A stretch of DNA of 64,000 nucleotides from Acutalibacteraceae bacterium. GTDB lineage: Bacteria > Bacillota > Clostridia > Oscillospirales > Acutalibacteraceae. The notes under the pieces were generated by a model. It was not told the origin of the DNA. It was given only the letters and a program-made list of their open reading frames with translations, and did not search any database. A program made the translations under genes and the position numbers. The stretch spans positions 15,455 to 79,454 of the forward strand of contig JBGUWM010000172.1 in the NCBI GenBank assembly GCA_045221175.1, given 5' to 3'. This document shows positions 1 to 8,962 of this stretch, one piece after another (position 1 is the first letter of the stretch; each line of letters starts with the position of its first letter).

Positions 1-142
1 TCATTGTTCATGACGGAACCTCCGTCTAACAGAAATTTCGTTATCACTCCGGCGGCAAGAAACAGCCGGAAGACAGGTGAAGTGACGGTTACGGCGAACA
101 GATCCGCTGCTCCGTTACTTCTTATGTCGTTCTGTTTTTTGC

Positions 143-1396
143 TCAGGCTCTGACAGCTGAGGCAGCCAGCATAGCGCCCAGTTTGCCCGTGTGAAAATTG
201 AGAGAACCCTGCATCCATACGGCATAGGGAGGACGCAGCGGTGCGTCTGCTGACAACTCGATGGAAGAGCCGAGCGTAAAGGCGCCTGCCGCCATGATGA
301 CCTTGCTGTCATAACCGGGCATATCCCATGGTTCCGGCGTGACGAATGAATCAATGGGGGAGGCTTGCTGAATGCCCTGACAGAAACGGATCAGGTTGCT
401 TTCGTTGTTCAGAAGAATTGCCTGTATAATGTCGCCTCGGACCTCGTCATAGCGTGGAGTGACCGTAAAACCAAGCAATTCATACAAAGCGGCGGCGAAA
501 ATGGCTGTTTTAACCGCCTCTCCCGTTACGTGGGGGGCGTTGAAGGCGCCCATGAACAGTTCACGGCTGTTGCCTAAAGTACAGCCGATTTCTTTGCCGG
601 TGCCCGGTGTTGTCAAACGGTAGCTGCAGGCTTCAACAAGGTCTTTTCGTCCTGCGATATAGCCGCCGGTGGGCGCAATGCCGCCGCCGGGATTTTTGAT
701 CAGAGAGCCTGCCATCAGGTCGACGCCGAGACTGCCGGGGGTTTCTGTTTCCACGAACTCTCCGTAGCAGTTGTCCAGCATGACAATGCAGTCCGGCGCA
801 ACGGAATGGGCAAGCTGTGCAATGGCTCTGATCTCTCCGGCACGGAGGGTCGGGCGCAGGGAATAGCCTCTGGAACGCTGTATGTATACCATCTTTGTGT
901 CAGGGGTAAGACTTTCTGTCATAGCGTCATAATCTACAGCTCCTTTATCAGTCAGGTCCAACTGACGGTACTGAATGCCGAAATCTTTTAAGGAGCCGCT
1001 GTAGCTGCTGCCAATGCCGATGACACCCTGCAGGGTATCATAAGGAAGCCCTGTAACAGAGAGCATGGTGTCACCGGGACGCAGCACACCGAAAAGCGCT
1101 ACGGTAAGGGCGTGGGTGCCGCTGCAGAAATTATGCCGTACCAGAGCATCTTCCGTGTCCAGTACCTCGGCAAACACAGCGTCGAGCGCATCTCGTCCTC
1201 TGTCGCCGTAACCGTAGCCTGTTGACGCTGTAAAACAGCTTTCGCTGACCCGTGCATTCTGAAAGGCACGCAGCATTTTTTGCTGATTATATTCCGTGAT
1301 CTCATCGGTTTTGTCCAGATATGGACGACAAATGGACATCGCTTTTTCCGATGCCTTCAGTATTTCGGGAGAAATGTTATAAAACGGTGTATTCAT
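143..1396 (-). CDS. PLP-dependent methionine gamma-lyase-family protein (YnbB / aluminium-resistance-protein family)
   Basis: 417-aa ORF. Family-like stretches are present (STGYGYGDRGRD, SLIKNPGGGIAPTGGYI). The start ATG overlaps the stop of the upstream gene (ATGA at 1393-1396). Confidence 0.7.
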   Translation of the reverse strand: MNTPFYNISPEILKASEKAMSICRPYLDKTDEITEYNQQKMLRAFQNARVSESCFTASTGYGYGDRGRDALDAVFAEVLDTEDALVRHNFCSGTHALTVALFGVLRPGDTMLSVTGLPYDTLQGVIGIGSSYSGSLKDFGIQYRQLDLTDKGAVDYDAMTESLTPDTKMVYIQRSRGYSLRPTLRAGEIRAIAQLAHSVAPDCIVMLDNCYGEFVETETPGSLGVDLMAGSLIKNPGGGIAPTGGYIAGRKDLVEACSYRLTTPGTGKEIGCTLGNSRELFMGAFNAPHVTGEAVKTAIFAAALYELLGFTVTPRYDEVRGDIIQAILLNNESNLIRFCQGIQQASPIDSFVTPEPWDMPGYDSKVIMAAGAFTLGSSIELSADAPLRPPYAVWMQGSLNFHTGKLGAMLAASAVRA

Positions 1397-2184
1397 TCTG
1401 TTCTTTCCTTTTCTTTTTTTGACTGTATCAAGTAAAACGGCGCCGTGTTTTCAAAGCCGAGCGCATGATAAAATCGTTCATGCAGGGCTTTGTCCCGCAT
1501 CAGAAATATTGTCCTGTTTTGCAGACGGCGAATCAGCCCGGTAACACAGCAGGAACCTAAACCTTGTCCACGAAAGTGCCTGTCGGTGGCAACGCCGCCG
1601 ATAATGGCACTGCGGTCTGTCAGGGCGGAAGTCAGGGCTGCGGCAGCAGGCTGTCCGTGGTGCGTCAGCACAAGACATTTTGCTGTGTTGTGACGCAGCT
1701 TATGCGAAAAATCAAGCAGAAAGTCTTCATAGGACGGCACCTGAAAATCACCCGCTTCGCAGCTTTTGAGCAGTTGCCAGAGAGAAGACAGATCCGGGTC
1801 ATCGGTTTGCTGAAAGTCTTCAGGCAGGGAGAGCGTTTCTTCCGGCGGGGAAGTCAGCGTCATGACAATGCCTTCTTCATGGCAGCAGTCCGTCAGAAGC
1901 GGCAGTCGGCTCAGCAGAGAAGCAAACCCATACATCTGTACAAATTTCTGCCATTCCGAAAGGTTGCTTTCCTCTGTCAGCATAACGGTGATGTCGGCAT
2001 AGTATTTTACTGCTGCGCCGACAGGACGGCTGAGAGAGTCTGTCTGCAGATAAAACAAGGCAAAATCGTAGCCGATTCCGTAGCTTTGCAGCAAACACCC
2101 GATGCGGCAGGAATAGATATTGTTCTCTGTCTGCAAAAACTGCAGAAGCAGAGGCAGTGTCTTTTCGTCAACAAAGCAAATCAT
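1393..2184 (-). CDS. GNAT-fold acetyltransferase domain protein (C-terminal GNAT, N-terminal part unknown)
   Basis: 263-aa ORF with a C-terminal RGQGLG acetyl-CoA-loop-like motif followed by YHALGFE. ATGA overlaps on both sides indicate an operon. Confidence 0.55.
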   Translation of the reverse strand: MICFVDEKTLPLLLQFLQTENNIYSCRIGCLLQSYGIGYDFALFYLQTDSLSRPVGAAVKYYADITVMLTEESNLSEWQKFVQMYGFASLLSRLPLLTDCCHEEGIVMTLTSPPEETLSLPEDFQQTDDPDLSSLWQLLKSCEAGDFQVPSYEDFLLDFSHKLRHNTAKCLVLTHHGQPAAAALTSALTDRSAIIGGVATDRHFRGQGLGSCCVTGLIRRLQNRTIFLMRDKALHERFYHALGFENTAPFYLIQSKKEKERTE

Positions 2185-3206
2185 TTGTCCAGGATCCTTT
2201 CGGCTGTTGCCCGAACCACCGTTATTACCGCTTCCATATCGTCAACGTTCGCAAGACTTTCTGCGGAGTGAATGTAGCGGCAGGGGACAGATACGGCAAT
2301 TGTTCTCACGCCGCTGCGTGTCATGTGAATGATGCCTGCGTCGTTGCCGCCGGCAATCATCGTTTTGGTCTGGGCTTTCACCCCGTGTTCGGCTGCACAG
2401 CTCATTGCTGTGCGGTACATCTCTTTATCATATATAGTGGAGCGGTCCATGAATGAGATGACAGCACCTTCTCCAACCTGACAAACCTGCTTTTCTTCTT
2501 CCGAAAAAGGAATATCGGCGGCTGTGGTGGCTTCTACCACAATGGCAAGGTCAGGATCAACGGTATAAGCGGCTGCTCTTGCTCCACGCAGCCCGATCTC
2601 CTCCTGTACCACAAAGCTGAAATACATATCATAGGGCAACTCGCTTTTCAGCATTTCAATCAGTACAAGACAGCCGAAGCGGTCGTCAATGGCTTTTGAG
2701 ATGATTCTGCCGTTTTTGCACTCGAACAGCGACGAAAAACTGACAGCGTCCCCGGGGGATACATAACGGCTTGCTTCTTCTCTGCTTTTGGCGCCGATGT
2801 CAATCAGCAGACTGTCTATCGGCGGATTTTTCTTTCGTTCCTCCGCTTTGAGCAGATGAACGGGTTTGCAGCATACAACACCGGGAATTTCGTTTTCGCC
2901 TATCACAACGTTTCTGGCAAAGGCGGCGCTGTCATTGACGCCGCCGACAGGTGTGAATTTCAGACAACCGTTTTCTGTAATATATGTAACGATAAAGCCC
3001 ACCTCGTCCATGTGTGCCGAGATGAGAAGTTTTTTATCGGGTGTTTTTCTGCCTTTTTTGAAGGCAATGATGCTGCCTAAGTTATCAACGCTCAGACTGT
3101 CCGCATAAGGACGGATTTCGCTGAGGATCAGGTCACGGATTTTTTCTTCGCTTCCCGAAATGCCGTTGGTGCGGCAGAGTTTTTCTAAAAGATCAAGATC
3201 AGGCAT
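2181..3206 (-). CDS. M42 family metallopeptidase (FrvX/CelM/glutamyl-aminopeptidase-like)
   Basis: The track ORF runs to 3548, but its first 114 codons lie inside the upstream paralog in another frame. The internal ATG at 3206 (MPDLDLLEKLCRTNGISGSEEK) aligns with the paralog N-terminus. There is an 8-nt overlap with the upstream stop. Confidence 0.8.
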   Translation of the reverse strand: MPDLDLLEKLCRTNGISGSEEKIRDLILSEIRPYADSLSVDNLGSIIAFKKGRKTPDKKLLISAHMDEVGFIVTYITENGCLKFTPVGGVNDSAAFARNVVIGENEIPGVVCCKPVHLLKAEERKKNPPIDSLLIDIGAKSREEASRYVSPGDAVSFSSLFECKNGRIISKAIDDRFGCLVLIEMLKSELPYDMYFSFVVQEEIGLRGARAAAYTVDPDLAIVVEATTAADIPFSEEEKQVCQVGEGAVISFMDRSTIYDKEMYRTAMSCAAEHGVKAQTKTMIAGGNDAGIIHMTRSGVRTIAVSVPCRYIHSAESLANVDDMEAVITVVRATAERILDK

Positions 3207-4230
3207 GGTCGGCACCGCCTTCCAGAACATATTCAGCCAGCAGCTCTGAAAGCTGCTCCAGATCGCTGAGCTGTACGATCTCGGTGGGGGTGTGCATATT
3301 TTTGCAGGGAATGGAAATGACGCCTGTCCGCACACCGCCTCTTGCGGCGGCGATTCTGTCGGCATTGGTGCCGGTTGAGCCGCCGCATACTTCATAACTG
3401 TACTTGATGCCTCTGCTGGCGGCAATGGATTCCAGTTTTTTGGTAACGCCTTTGTCAAGGGCAGGGGATATACTGATGATTGCCGTACATCCCAGTTCAC
3501 CGCTCTTTTCGGCAGGAACACCTTCCTGAGCGGCAAATCCCACGTCAATTACAACGGCTTCATCAGGCGCAAGAGAATAAGCGGCTGTGCCGGCACCCAT
3601 TTCATTGGTTTCTTCCTGCGCCGAAAAAACAAGCGACAGCCTGCAGGGAAGGGACTTGCCCTTGAGAAGCCTTGCACAGCGGATCAGTACGGCACAGCCG
3701 CTGCGGTTGTCCAGTGCCGACACGGCAATTCTGCCGCCCAGAAGCTCGGTGAAACGGCTGTGTAACAGAACTTTGTCGCCGGGACGAATCAGTTCCTTTA
3801 CTTTTTCGGCAGGTAGTCCCGTATCAATGCGTATCTTATCACGGGAAAGCTCGCTGTCTTCTGCAAGGTGCGGCGGCATGGTGCATATAATACCCGTGAC
3901 GGGTTCTGTTCCGAAGATTTTTACAGCGCTGCCGGGAAGTGTGCGGAGATCAATGCCGCCCACCGGCTCGGCGCATAAAAACCCCTTTTTATCTATATAG
4001 GTGACGATCAGTCCGATTCTGTCGGTATGTGCGTCGAGCATCAGATGCTTTTCGGCTTTGTCATCGCCCATTTCGGCAATAATACTGCCGTTTTTGTCGA
4101 TAGTGACCTTTGCGGTGTCCTGCAGCAGAGTGCTTATGATATCCAGCATTTCTTCCTCACTGCCGGATATACCGCAATCGGCGCATAACGCTTGCAATAA
4201 TTCTTTCATTTGCTTTACGCTGCCTTTCAT
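3199..4230 (-). CDS. M42 family metallopeptidase (paralog of 2181..3206)
   Basis: 343-aa ORF with N-terminal LLQALCADCGISGSEEE and an HxD (HTD) metal-site motif (the paralog has HMD). It is the first gene of a four-gene operon with overlapping codons. Confidence 0.8.
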   Translation of the reverse strand: MKGSVKQMKELLQALCADCGISGSEEEMLDIISTLLQDTAKVTIDKNGSIIAEMGDDKAEKHLMLDAHTDRIGLIVTYIDKKGFLCAEPVGGIDLRTLPGSAVKIFGTEPVTGIICTMPPHLAEDSELSRDKIRIDTGLPAEKVKELIRPGDKVLLHSRFTELLGGRIAVSALDNRSGCAVLIRCARLLKGKSLPCRLSLVFSAQEETNEMGAGTAAYSLAPDEAVVIDVGFAAQEGVPAEKSGELGCTAIISISPALDKGVTKKLESIAASRGIKYSYEVCGGSTGTNADRIAAARGGVRTGVISIPCKNMHTPTEIVQLSDLEQLSELLAEYVLEGGADHA

Positions 4231-4249
4231 TTTATTACAAAGTAAACAT

Positions 4250-4455
4250 GGCGGCTGCCGAGCAAAGCCCGGCAGGACAGCGCCGTGATCTGTCTGTCCT
4301 TTCAGACACAGTGTATCGGGCGGCTGCCGAGCAAAACCCGGCAGGACAGCGCCGTGGATTGTCTGTCCTTTCTGACACAGTGTATCGGGCGGCTACCGAG
4401 CAAAGCCCGGCAGGACAGCGCCGTGGTATGCCTGCCCTTTAAGACACAGTGAATT
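4250..4455. repeat. 3 x 69-bp tandem direct repeat, each unit carrying two hairpins
   Basis: Unit starts are at about 4252, 4321 and 4390 (exact 69-nt period). Each unit contains CTGCCG-N9-CGGCAG and GGACAG-N13-CTGTCC inverted repeats. It lies between the lipoprotein gene stop and the M42 operon start. Confidence 0.85.
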
Positions 4456-5335
4456 GTGTGGTTGTTAAGACAAGGTCGGCATGATAGACCTGCGAGGAGC
4501 CTTCCTGTCCTTCTACGGTATAATCTGATTTTGACAGTTCAAAACCGCCTTTATCATGCGTGACCTGATAGGTGTAGCGGCTGAAGCCGTTGTATGTGCC
4601 GAAATCCACCTTTGTGTTAATGCCCACCTTATTGTCGCTGTCAGGCGTAAAACGACAGGAAAGCGACTGGGTGAGGTAGTTGCGGTGAATAGACAGCAGC
4701 GTGTCAGTCAGATTGATCCTGTCTATGGCGCGATATCTGTCCTTGATAAAGGATTGTATTTCTTTCTGCGAAAGTGAGGTGCCTTCCTTCGGATAAGGAC
4801 AGTACATCAGAAGCTTGCAGCGAAAATCATTTTCGCTTGCATTGATCCACAGTTTTTCCGCAAACAGATTGTAAGATTCATTTTCGACCATTCTTTTTAC
4901 CACGTTCAGGTTTGCCGCGCTGACAGGGAAACTTACTTCTACTGTCTTGATGAGAAACTGATCGTTATCCTGAGATGTTTCGGGGTCGCTGATCTCCAGA
5001 TTTGTCAGCTCATCATAGGTTTTGGTGATAATGGTTCGAATCTCTTCGTCGCTGCGTTCCTTACAGACAATATCCGTCAGCTTCTGACCGTGCTTTGTTT
5101 CAGGGTCTGAACTATGATCCGCACTATCTTCAGAGCTTCGTTCTGCGTTCTCCTCTGAACTATGACCGAAAGTTTTGGAAGCTTCTGTTTTGGTGCTTTC
5201 GGCAGCGCTTTGAACAGATTCTGCCGCTGAAGCAGGGAGTGAGGCATTAGCTTCGTCTGATGAATTGCCTGAGCAGCCTGTGAACAATACGGCTGAAATC
5301 AGCAAAAGGGCGGTAATTAACAGCTTGTGTTTCAT
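4439..5335 (-). CDS. putative lipoprotein, function unknown
   Basis: 298-aa ORF. It has an N-terminal signal peptide with a lipobox-like LFTGC, then a Ser/Glu-rich linker. Confidence 0.6.
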   Translation of the reverse strand: MKHKLLITALLLISAVLFTGCSGNSSDEANASLPASAAESVQSAAESTKTEASKTFGHSSEENAERSSEDSADHSSDPETKHGQKLTDIVCKERSDEEIRTIITKTYDELTNLEISDPETSQDNDQFLIKTVEVSFPVSAANLNVVKRMVENESYNLFAEKLWINASENDFRCKLLMYCPYPKEGTSLSQKEIQSFIKDRYRAIDRINLTDTLLSIHRNYLTQSLSCRFTPDSDNKVGINTKVDFGTYNGFSRYTYQVTHDKGGFELSKSDYTVEGQEGSSQVYHADLVLTTTQFTVS

Positions 5336-5367
5336 TTTGTCGGCTCCTTATGGTGAATTGATGTGAC

Positions 5368-6777
5368 TCATTCTGCCGGTTTCATCTCGTTGACCAGCCG
5401 TTTGAAATGCAGTCCTTTTTCGGCAAAGTTTTTATACATATCAAAGCTGGCGCTGGCAGGGGACATGGATACAATGTCGCCGTCAGCGGCGTGCTTTCTG
5501 GCTGCCGCAACAGCTTCTTCCATACTGCCGACACGGAGAATCAGCGGATTGCCTTTGCTGTAGGATTTGGCTGCTTTTGTGGCGGCTTCAATTTTATCAG
5601 CCGTTGCGCCGAACAGAATCAGTACCTTGACTTTGTCCGGGACGAGCTCTCCCATTTCGTCATAAGACAGGTGTTTGTCATAACCGCCGGCGATGAGAAT
5701 GATCTTTCTGTCGTATAATGACAGCGTACCTTTCATCGTTCTGGTAGGGCTGGTGCCGATAGCGTCGTTATAGTATTTTACGCCGTCCAGTACCCGCACC
5801 AGCTCGGCACGGTGTTCAACGCCTCCGAAGTTGACGGCAACAGAGCGGATGACTTCCGGTGTGACCATACCCCATACTGCCGAAATGGCGGCAAGATAGT
5901 TCTCTATATTATGCAGTCCGGGGATCTTGATGTCCGAAGAATGCATGATGACGCTTTCTGTACCGTAGCAGTTCATGATGATCTGACCGTCGCTGTTCAT
6001 GTATGCGCCGTTTGTTACCTTCCGGCGGCGGGAAAACTTGCAGCACTGTCCTCTCAGATACTCTTCAAACGAATTGGAGATGTCGTTGTCCAGATTCAGC
6101 ACGGCTTTGCCGAAAGCGTTCTGATGCAGGACGATGTTCTTTTTGGCGTCAATGTATTCCTGCATATCCTTGTGAATGTCCAGATGATTGGGCGCTAAAT
6201 TTGTAACAACTGCAATATCGGGGCTTTTTCTCATGGAAATGAGCTGAAAACTCGATAATTCTACGACGGCAATATCGTCGGGAGCAATGGTTTCAATTTC
6301 CGGCAGCAGCGGTTTGCCGATGTTGCCGCCCAGATGTACGGTATAGCCCTGTGCCTTGAGCAGCTCGGAGATGATGGTGGTGGTTGTGGTTTTTCCGTCA
6401 CTGCCTGTTACGGCAATGATTTTGCAGGGACACAAGTCAAAGAACACTTCCATTTCGCTTGTTACCACCATGCCGTTTTGACGGGCTTGGATCAGTTCTT
6501 CCATATAGTATTTCATGCCGGGCGTGCGGAAAATGATATCTGCTTTCAGATCTTTCAAGTAATCATCACCGAGACGAAGCTCTGCGCCGGCTTCTTCTGC
6601 CTTTATGCCGTTTTCTCCCAGCGCTTCACGGTTACGCTTGTCACACGCAAGAACGTGAGCACCGTATTTTCCGAACAAGCTGATCAGTGGCAGATGACTG
6701 CCTCCGATTCCGCACAGGGCGATGGTTTTTCCTTTCAGACTCTCTAAGAATCGCTTGCAGTTTTGTTCCATTGTCAT
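5368..6777 (-). CDS. murD: UDP-N-acetylmuramoylalanine--D-glutamate ligase
   Basis: 469-aa ORF with a Mur-ligase P-loop (VTGSDGKTTTTT), an N-terminal Rossmann-like segment and a C-terminal SFDMYKNFAEKG tail typical of MurD. Confidence 0.9.
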   Translation of the reverse strand: MTMEQNCKRFLESLKGKTIALCGIGGSHLPLISLFGKYGAHVLACDKRNREALGENGIKAEEAGAELRLGDDYLKDLKADIIFRTPGMKYYMEELIQARQNGMVVTSEMEVFFDLCPCKIIAVTGSDGKTTTTTIISELLKAQGYTVHLGGNIGKPLLPEIETIAPDDIAVVELSSFQLISMRKSPDIAVVTNLAPNHLDIHKDMQEYIDAKKNIVLHQNAFGKAVLNLDNDISNSFEEYLRGQCCKFSRRRKVTNGAYMNSDGQIIMNCYGTESVIMHSSDIKIPGLHNIENYLAAISAVWGMVTPEVIRSVAVNFGGVEHRAELVRVLDGVKYYNDAIGTSPTRTMKGTLSLYDRKIILIAGGYDKHLSYDEMGELVPDKVKVLILFGATADKIEAATKAAKSYSKGNPLILRVGSMEEAVAAARKHAADGDIVSMSPASASFDMYKNFAEKGLHFKRLVNEMKPAE

Positions 6778-6791
6778 ATACCTATCCTTTC

Positions 6792-6957
6792 TTAAGAAAA
6801 CACCGGATTTCTTGTGCCTTTTTGTCCTGCGCCTGCACTTCCTGCAGATTTCGCTGCTGTGCAGCGGCTTTGCCCGATAACCGCTTGGCTTTCAGACGGA
6901 TTGCCGGACAGCCGGACGAAGCAGTCTGTGCGTCCGGGTGGCTCGGTGCTTTCTTAA
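6792..6957 (-). promoter_or_regulatory. 166-nt GC-rich structured element in the murD 5' leader (closing 14-bp helix). Candidate cis-regulatory RNA or MITE-like insertion.
   Basis: TTAAGAAAACACCG (6792-6805) and CGGTGCTTTCTTAA (6944-6957) are inverted repeats, 13/14 complementary plus one G-U. The interior holds several local hairpins (CCGGACG/CGTCCGG, AGCGG/CCGCT, GCTGC/GCAGC, CTGCA/TGCAG). The promoter-distal arm ends about 6 nt from the murD RBS. Confidence 0.35.
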
Positions 6958-6987
6958 ATAAGCTAACTGTTTTTTACATACATCTAC

Positions 6988-7016
6988 ATTATATTCCAAA
7001 TACAGAGCAAATTCAA
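6988..7016 (-). promoter_or_regulatory. sigma-A-type promoter candidate for murD (TTGAAT-17-TATAAT)
   Basis: The reverse complement of 7011-7016 is TTGAAT and of 6988-6993 is TATAAT, with a 17-nt spacer. This implies a leader of about 200 nt. Confidence 0.45.
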
Positions 7017-7618
7017 TCATTAAAACAGATTTTGCAAAAAGTCAATGGACGGTTTTTGCCGGAATTTGCCGCAGAAATACTCCGGAGTTTACAGGCGCAC
7101 TGAAAATCATTTTTTCATAAAACAGCCGGTAAAAGAAACGTAGCTGTATGGCAGGTGTTTCAAAAGCCGTTCTTTGACATAGAAGCCGCCAAAAGAGGAA
7201 TCTCTTTTCCTGCCTGCATCCGGAGAAAGAGCGTGGCTGTGCTGACAGTACATGAGCTGCACGCCTGACGATAAGATATCGTTATTAACTGAGAATTGCT
7301 TGAATGGCACGGTTGTTGTCACGGAAATCAATTTTCAGAATCCGATAGCCGGAAGAAAACTGCTTCATCTGTTCTAAACGCCGTTTCAAGAAGATAGGGA
7401 GCACGAAGCCGGCGGATTCGGGGAAGGGTTTCCTTCCACGTTTGCCATGTCTGAAATAGTAACACAACCCCTGTGGCTTCGGGAAGGGGTGAGAGGCGTC
7501 CGGCAGAAGCACAGAGCGAGCCGACAGGCAAGACAGAAAAACCTTTTCCGCAAGAAAAGTTTTTCTCTGCGGAGCTGCCCTGAAAAAATTGATTTCCTTG
7601 AGTTATTGCTTTTTCTTA

Positions 7619-7647
7619 TTGAAAAACAAAGCCGGGTGCTGTATAAT
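7619..7647 (+). promoter_or_regulatory. sigma-A-type promoter candidate (TTGAAA-17-TATAAT)
   Basis: TTGAAA at 7619-7624 and TATAAT at 7642-7647, about 95 nt upstream of the glycosyltransferase start. Confidence 0.5.
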
Positions 7648-7741
7648 ATATACATGAAAGTTCAGAAATGAGAGACAGGAGCCGTATGGGTGATGAACGG
7701 CTGTCTGCCTGCTTGATATAATGATTGAAGGGAAGGATCTT

Positions 7742-8962
7742 ATGAAGGTATTGATCTTGTCAGCCACCACCGGCGGCGGTCACATGAGAGCAGCCAATGC
7801 GCTCAAAGACTATGTGATGAGTCACAGCCCCGATTCGGAAGTAAGAATATATGATACGATACAGTATGTCAGTCCCATTTTGAACAAGGCAGTGACGGGA
7901 AGCTATGAATATATGGCAAAACGAACACCGGCACTGTTCGGAGGTTTTTATAAAAGCTCCGATAAGAACACGCCTATCAACAAAACTGTTGAAGTGACGA
8001 TGACAGGACTCGGCAAACGCCTGCTGCCGTTGATTGATGGATTTCAGCCCGACATCGTTGTCACAACCCATTCCTTTGCCACCGAACTGATTGCCGCACT
8101 GAAAACAAAGCTGGAGCTGAGCTTTCCGATTATCAGTATTATTACCGATTTTGCGGTTCATAAAACCTATATCAATAAGGGCGTTGATGCCTATGTGCTC
8201 TCCAGCGAAGAAATGATTGACCAGATGGTTGAAAGAGGTGTGCCGAAAGAGATGGTGTATCCTTACGGCATTCCGATCAAAAAGGAGTTTCTGGAGAAAA
8301 TTGACGTGAAAAAGGCGTTTGAAGAAGAGGGCCTTGATCCGGAGCTGCCGACCTTGCTGCTGATGGCAGGAAGCTTTGGCGTGACCGATGTGCTGAAGGT
8401 TTATCATAAGGTTGTGAAATCCGAAGTGAATTTTCAGATTATTCTGATTACGGGTAAGAACGAAAAACTGTATGAAACTTTCGAAAAATATCTCAGCAAA
8501 ATAGATATCAACAATACCATGTATGAATTGTCACAGCTTTATCCCACCATCAAAAACGGTACTTCTATCAAAACTTCCCGTCACCTTAAGCCTTCAAAGC
8601 CCACTAAGCTGCTGTATTATACCGATGAGGTCGAGAAATATATGCAGATGTCGTCTTTGATTATGACAAAACCAGGCGGACTGACCGTAACGGAAGCAAT
8701 CGCTACCGGACTGCCGATAGCTGTCTTTAAGCCGATTCCCGGGCAGGAAGAACAGAATGCTGATTTTCTGTGTCGTAACGGCATGGCAGTGCGTGTTAAA
8801 AAAGACAAAACCTGTACGGAAACAGTCACCGATCTTCTGACGCACCCGGAAAAGCTTGAGGCAATGAAAAAAGCAATTGCCGTGCATAATAAAGGCAATT
8901 CTGCCGAAAGAATCTATGAGCTGATGGTGAAGCTGACAAAAAATGCCGCTGATGATGAATGA
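7742..8962 (+). CDS. MGDG-synthase-type (GT28) diacylglycerol glycosyltransferase, UgtP-like
   Basis: The N-terminus MKVLILSATTGGGH..AA.AL is typical of this family. I prefer the ATG at 7742 (GAAGGGAAGGA RBS) over the track start at 7721. Confidence 0.75.
   Translation: MKVLILSATTGGGHMRAANALKDYVMSHSPDSEVRIYDTIQYVSPILNKAVTGSYEYMAKRTPALFGGFYKSSDKNTPINKTVEVTMTGLGKRLLPLIDGFQPDIVVTTHSFATELIAALKTKLELSFPIISIITDFAVHKTYINKGVDAYVLSSEEMIDQMVERGVPKEMVYPYGIPIKKEFLEKIDVKKAFEEEGLDPELPTLLLMAGSFGVTDVLKVYHKVVKSEVNFQIILITGKNEKLYETFEKYLSKIDINNTMYELSQLYPTIKNGTSIKTSRHLKPSKPTKLLYYTDEVEKYMQMSSLIMTKPGGLTVTEAIATGLPIAVFKPIPGQEEQNADFLCRNGMAVRVKKDKTCTETVTDLLTHPEKLEAMKKAIAVHNKGNSAERIYELMVKLTKNAADDE

Noticed and set aside
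1-142. Possible start of a minus-strand gene at position 11 (CAT at 9-11 with CCTCC at 19-23), and an open plus-strand frame from 1 to about 150.
   Set aside because: Only 11 nt of the putative gene are inside the window, so no product can be supported. The plus-strand frame translates to nothing protein-like.
2181-3548. 455-aa version of the second M42 peptidase, and the 598-aa version of ilvB (51570-53366).
   Set aside because: The N-terminal extensions overlap the upstream gene or the leader, lack family similarity and lack an RBS. Internal ATGs with an RBS or overlap and family-typical N-termini were chosen instead.
4248-4442. 64-aa ORF with repeated AEQSPAGQRR..LSVLSDTVYRA units.
   Set aside because: It is a direct read-out of the 69-bp (23-codon) tandem repeat. 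There is no RBS, it overlaps the neighbouring gene stop, and hairpin content dominates.
4250-4455. CRISPR array candidates (this repeat, 11897-11960, 16970-17128, 50884-50980).
   Set aside because: The repeats are contiguous or lack unique spacers of CRISPR size. Unit lengths (69, 16, 82 and ~16 nt) and the absence of cas genes do not fit.
6792-6957. c-di-GMP-I (GEMM) or other known riboswitch identity for the murD leader element.
   Set aside because: A few short similarities exist (CGCACAG, GGGCAAAGCC), but the overall GEMM-I architecture and conserved tetraloop/receptor spacing do not fit. I kept it only as an unclassified structured element.
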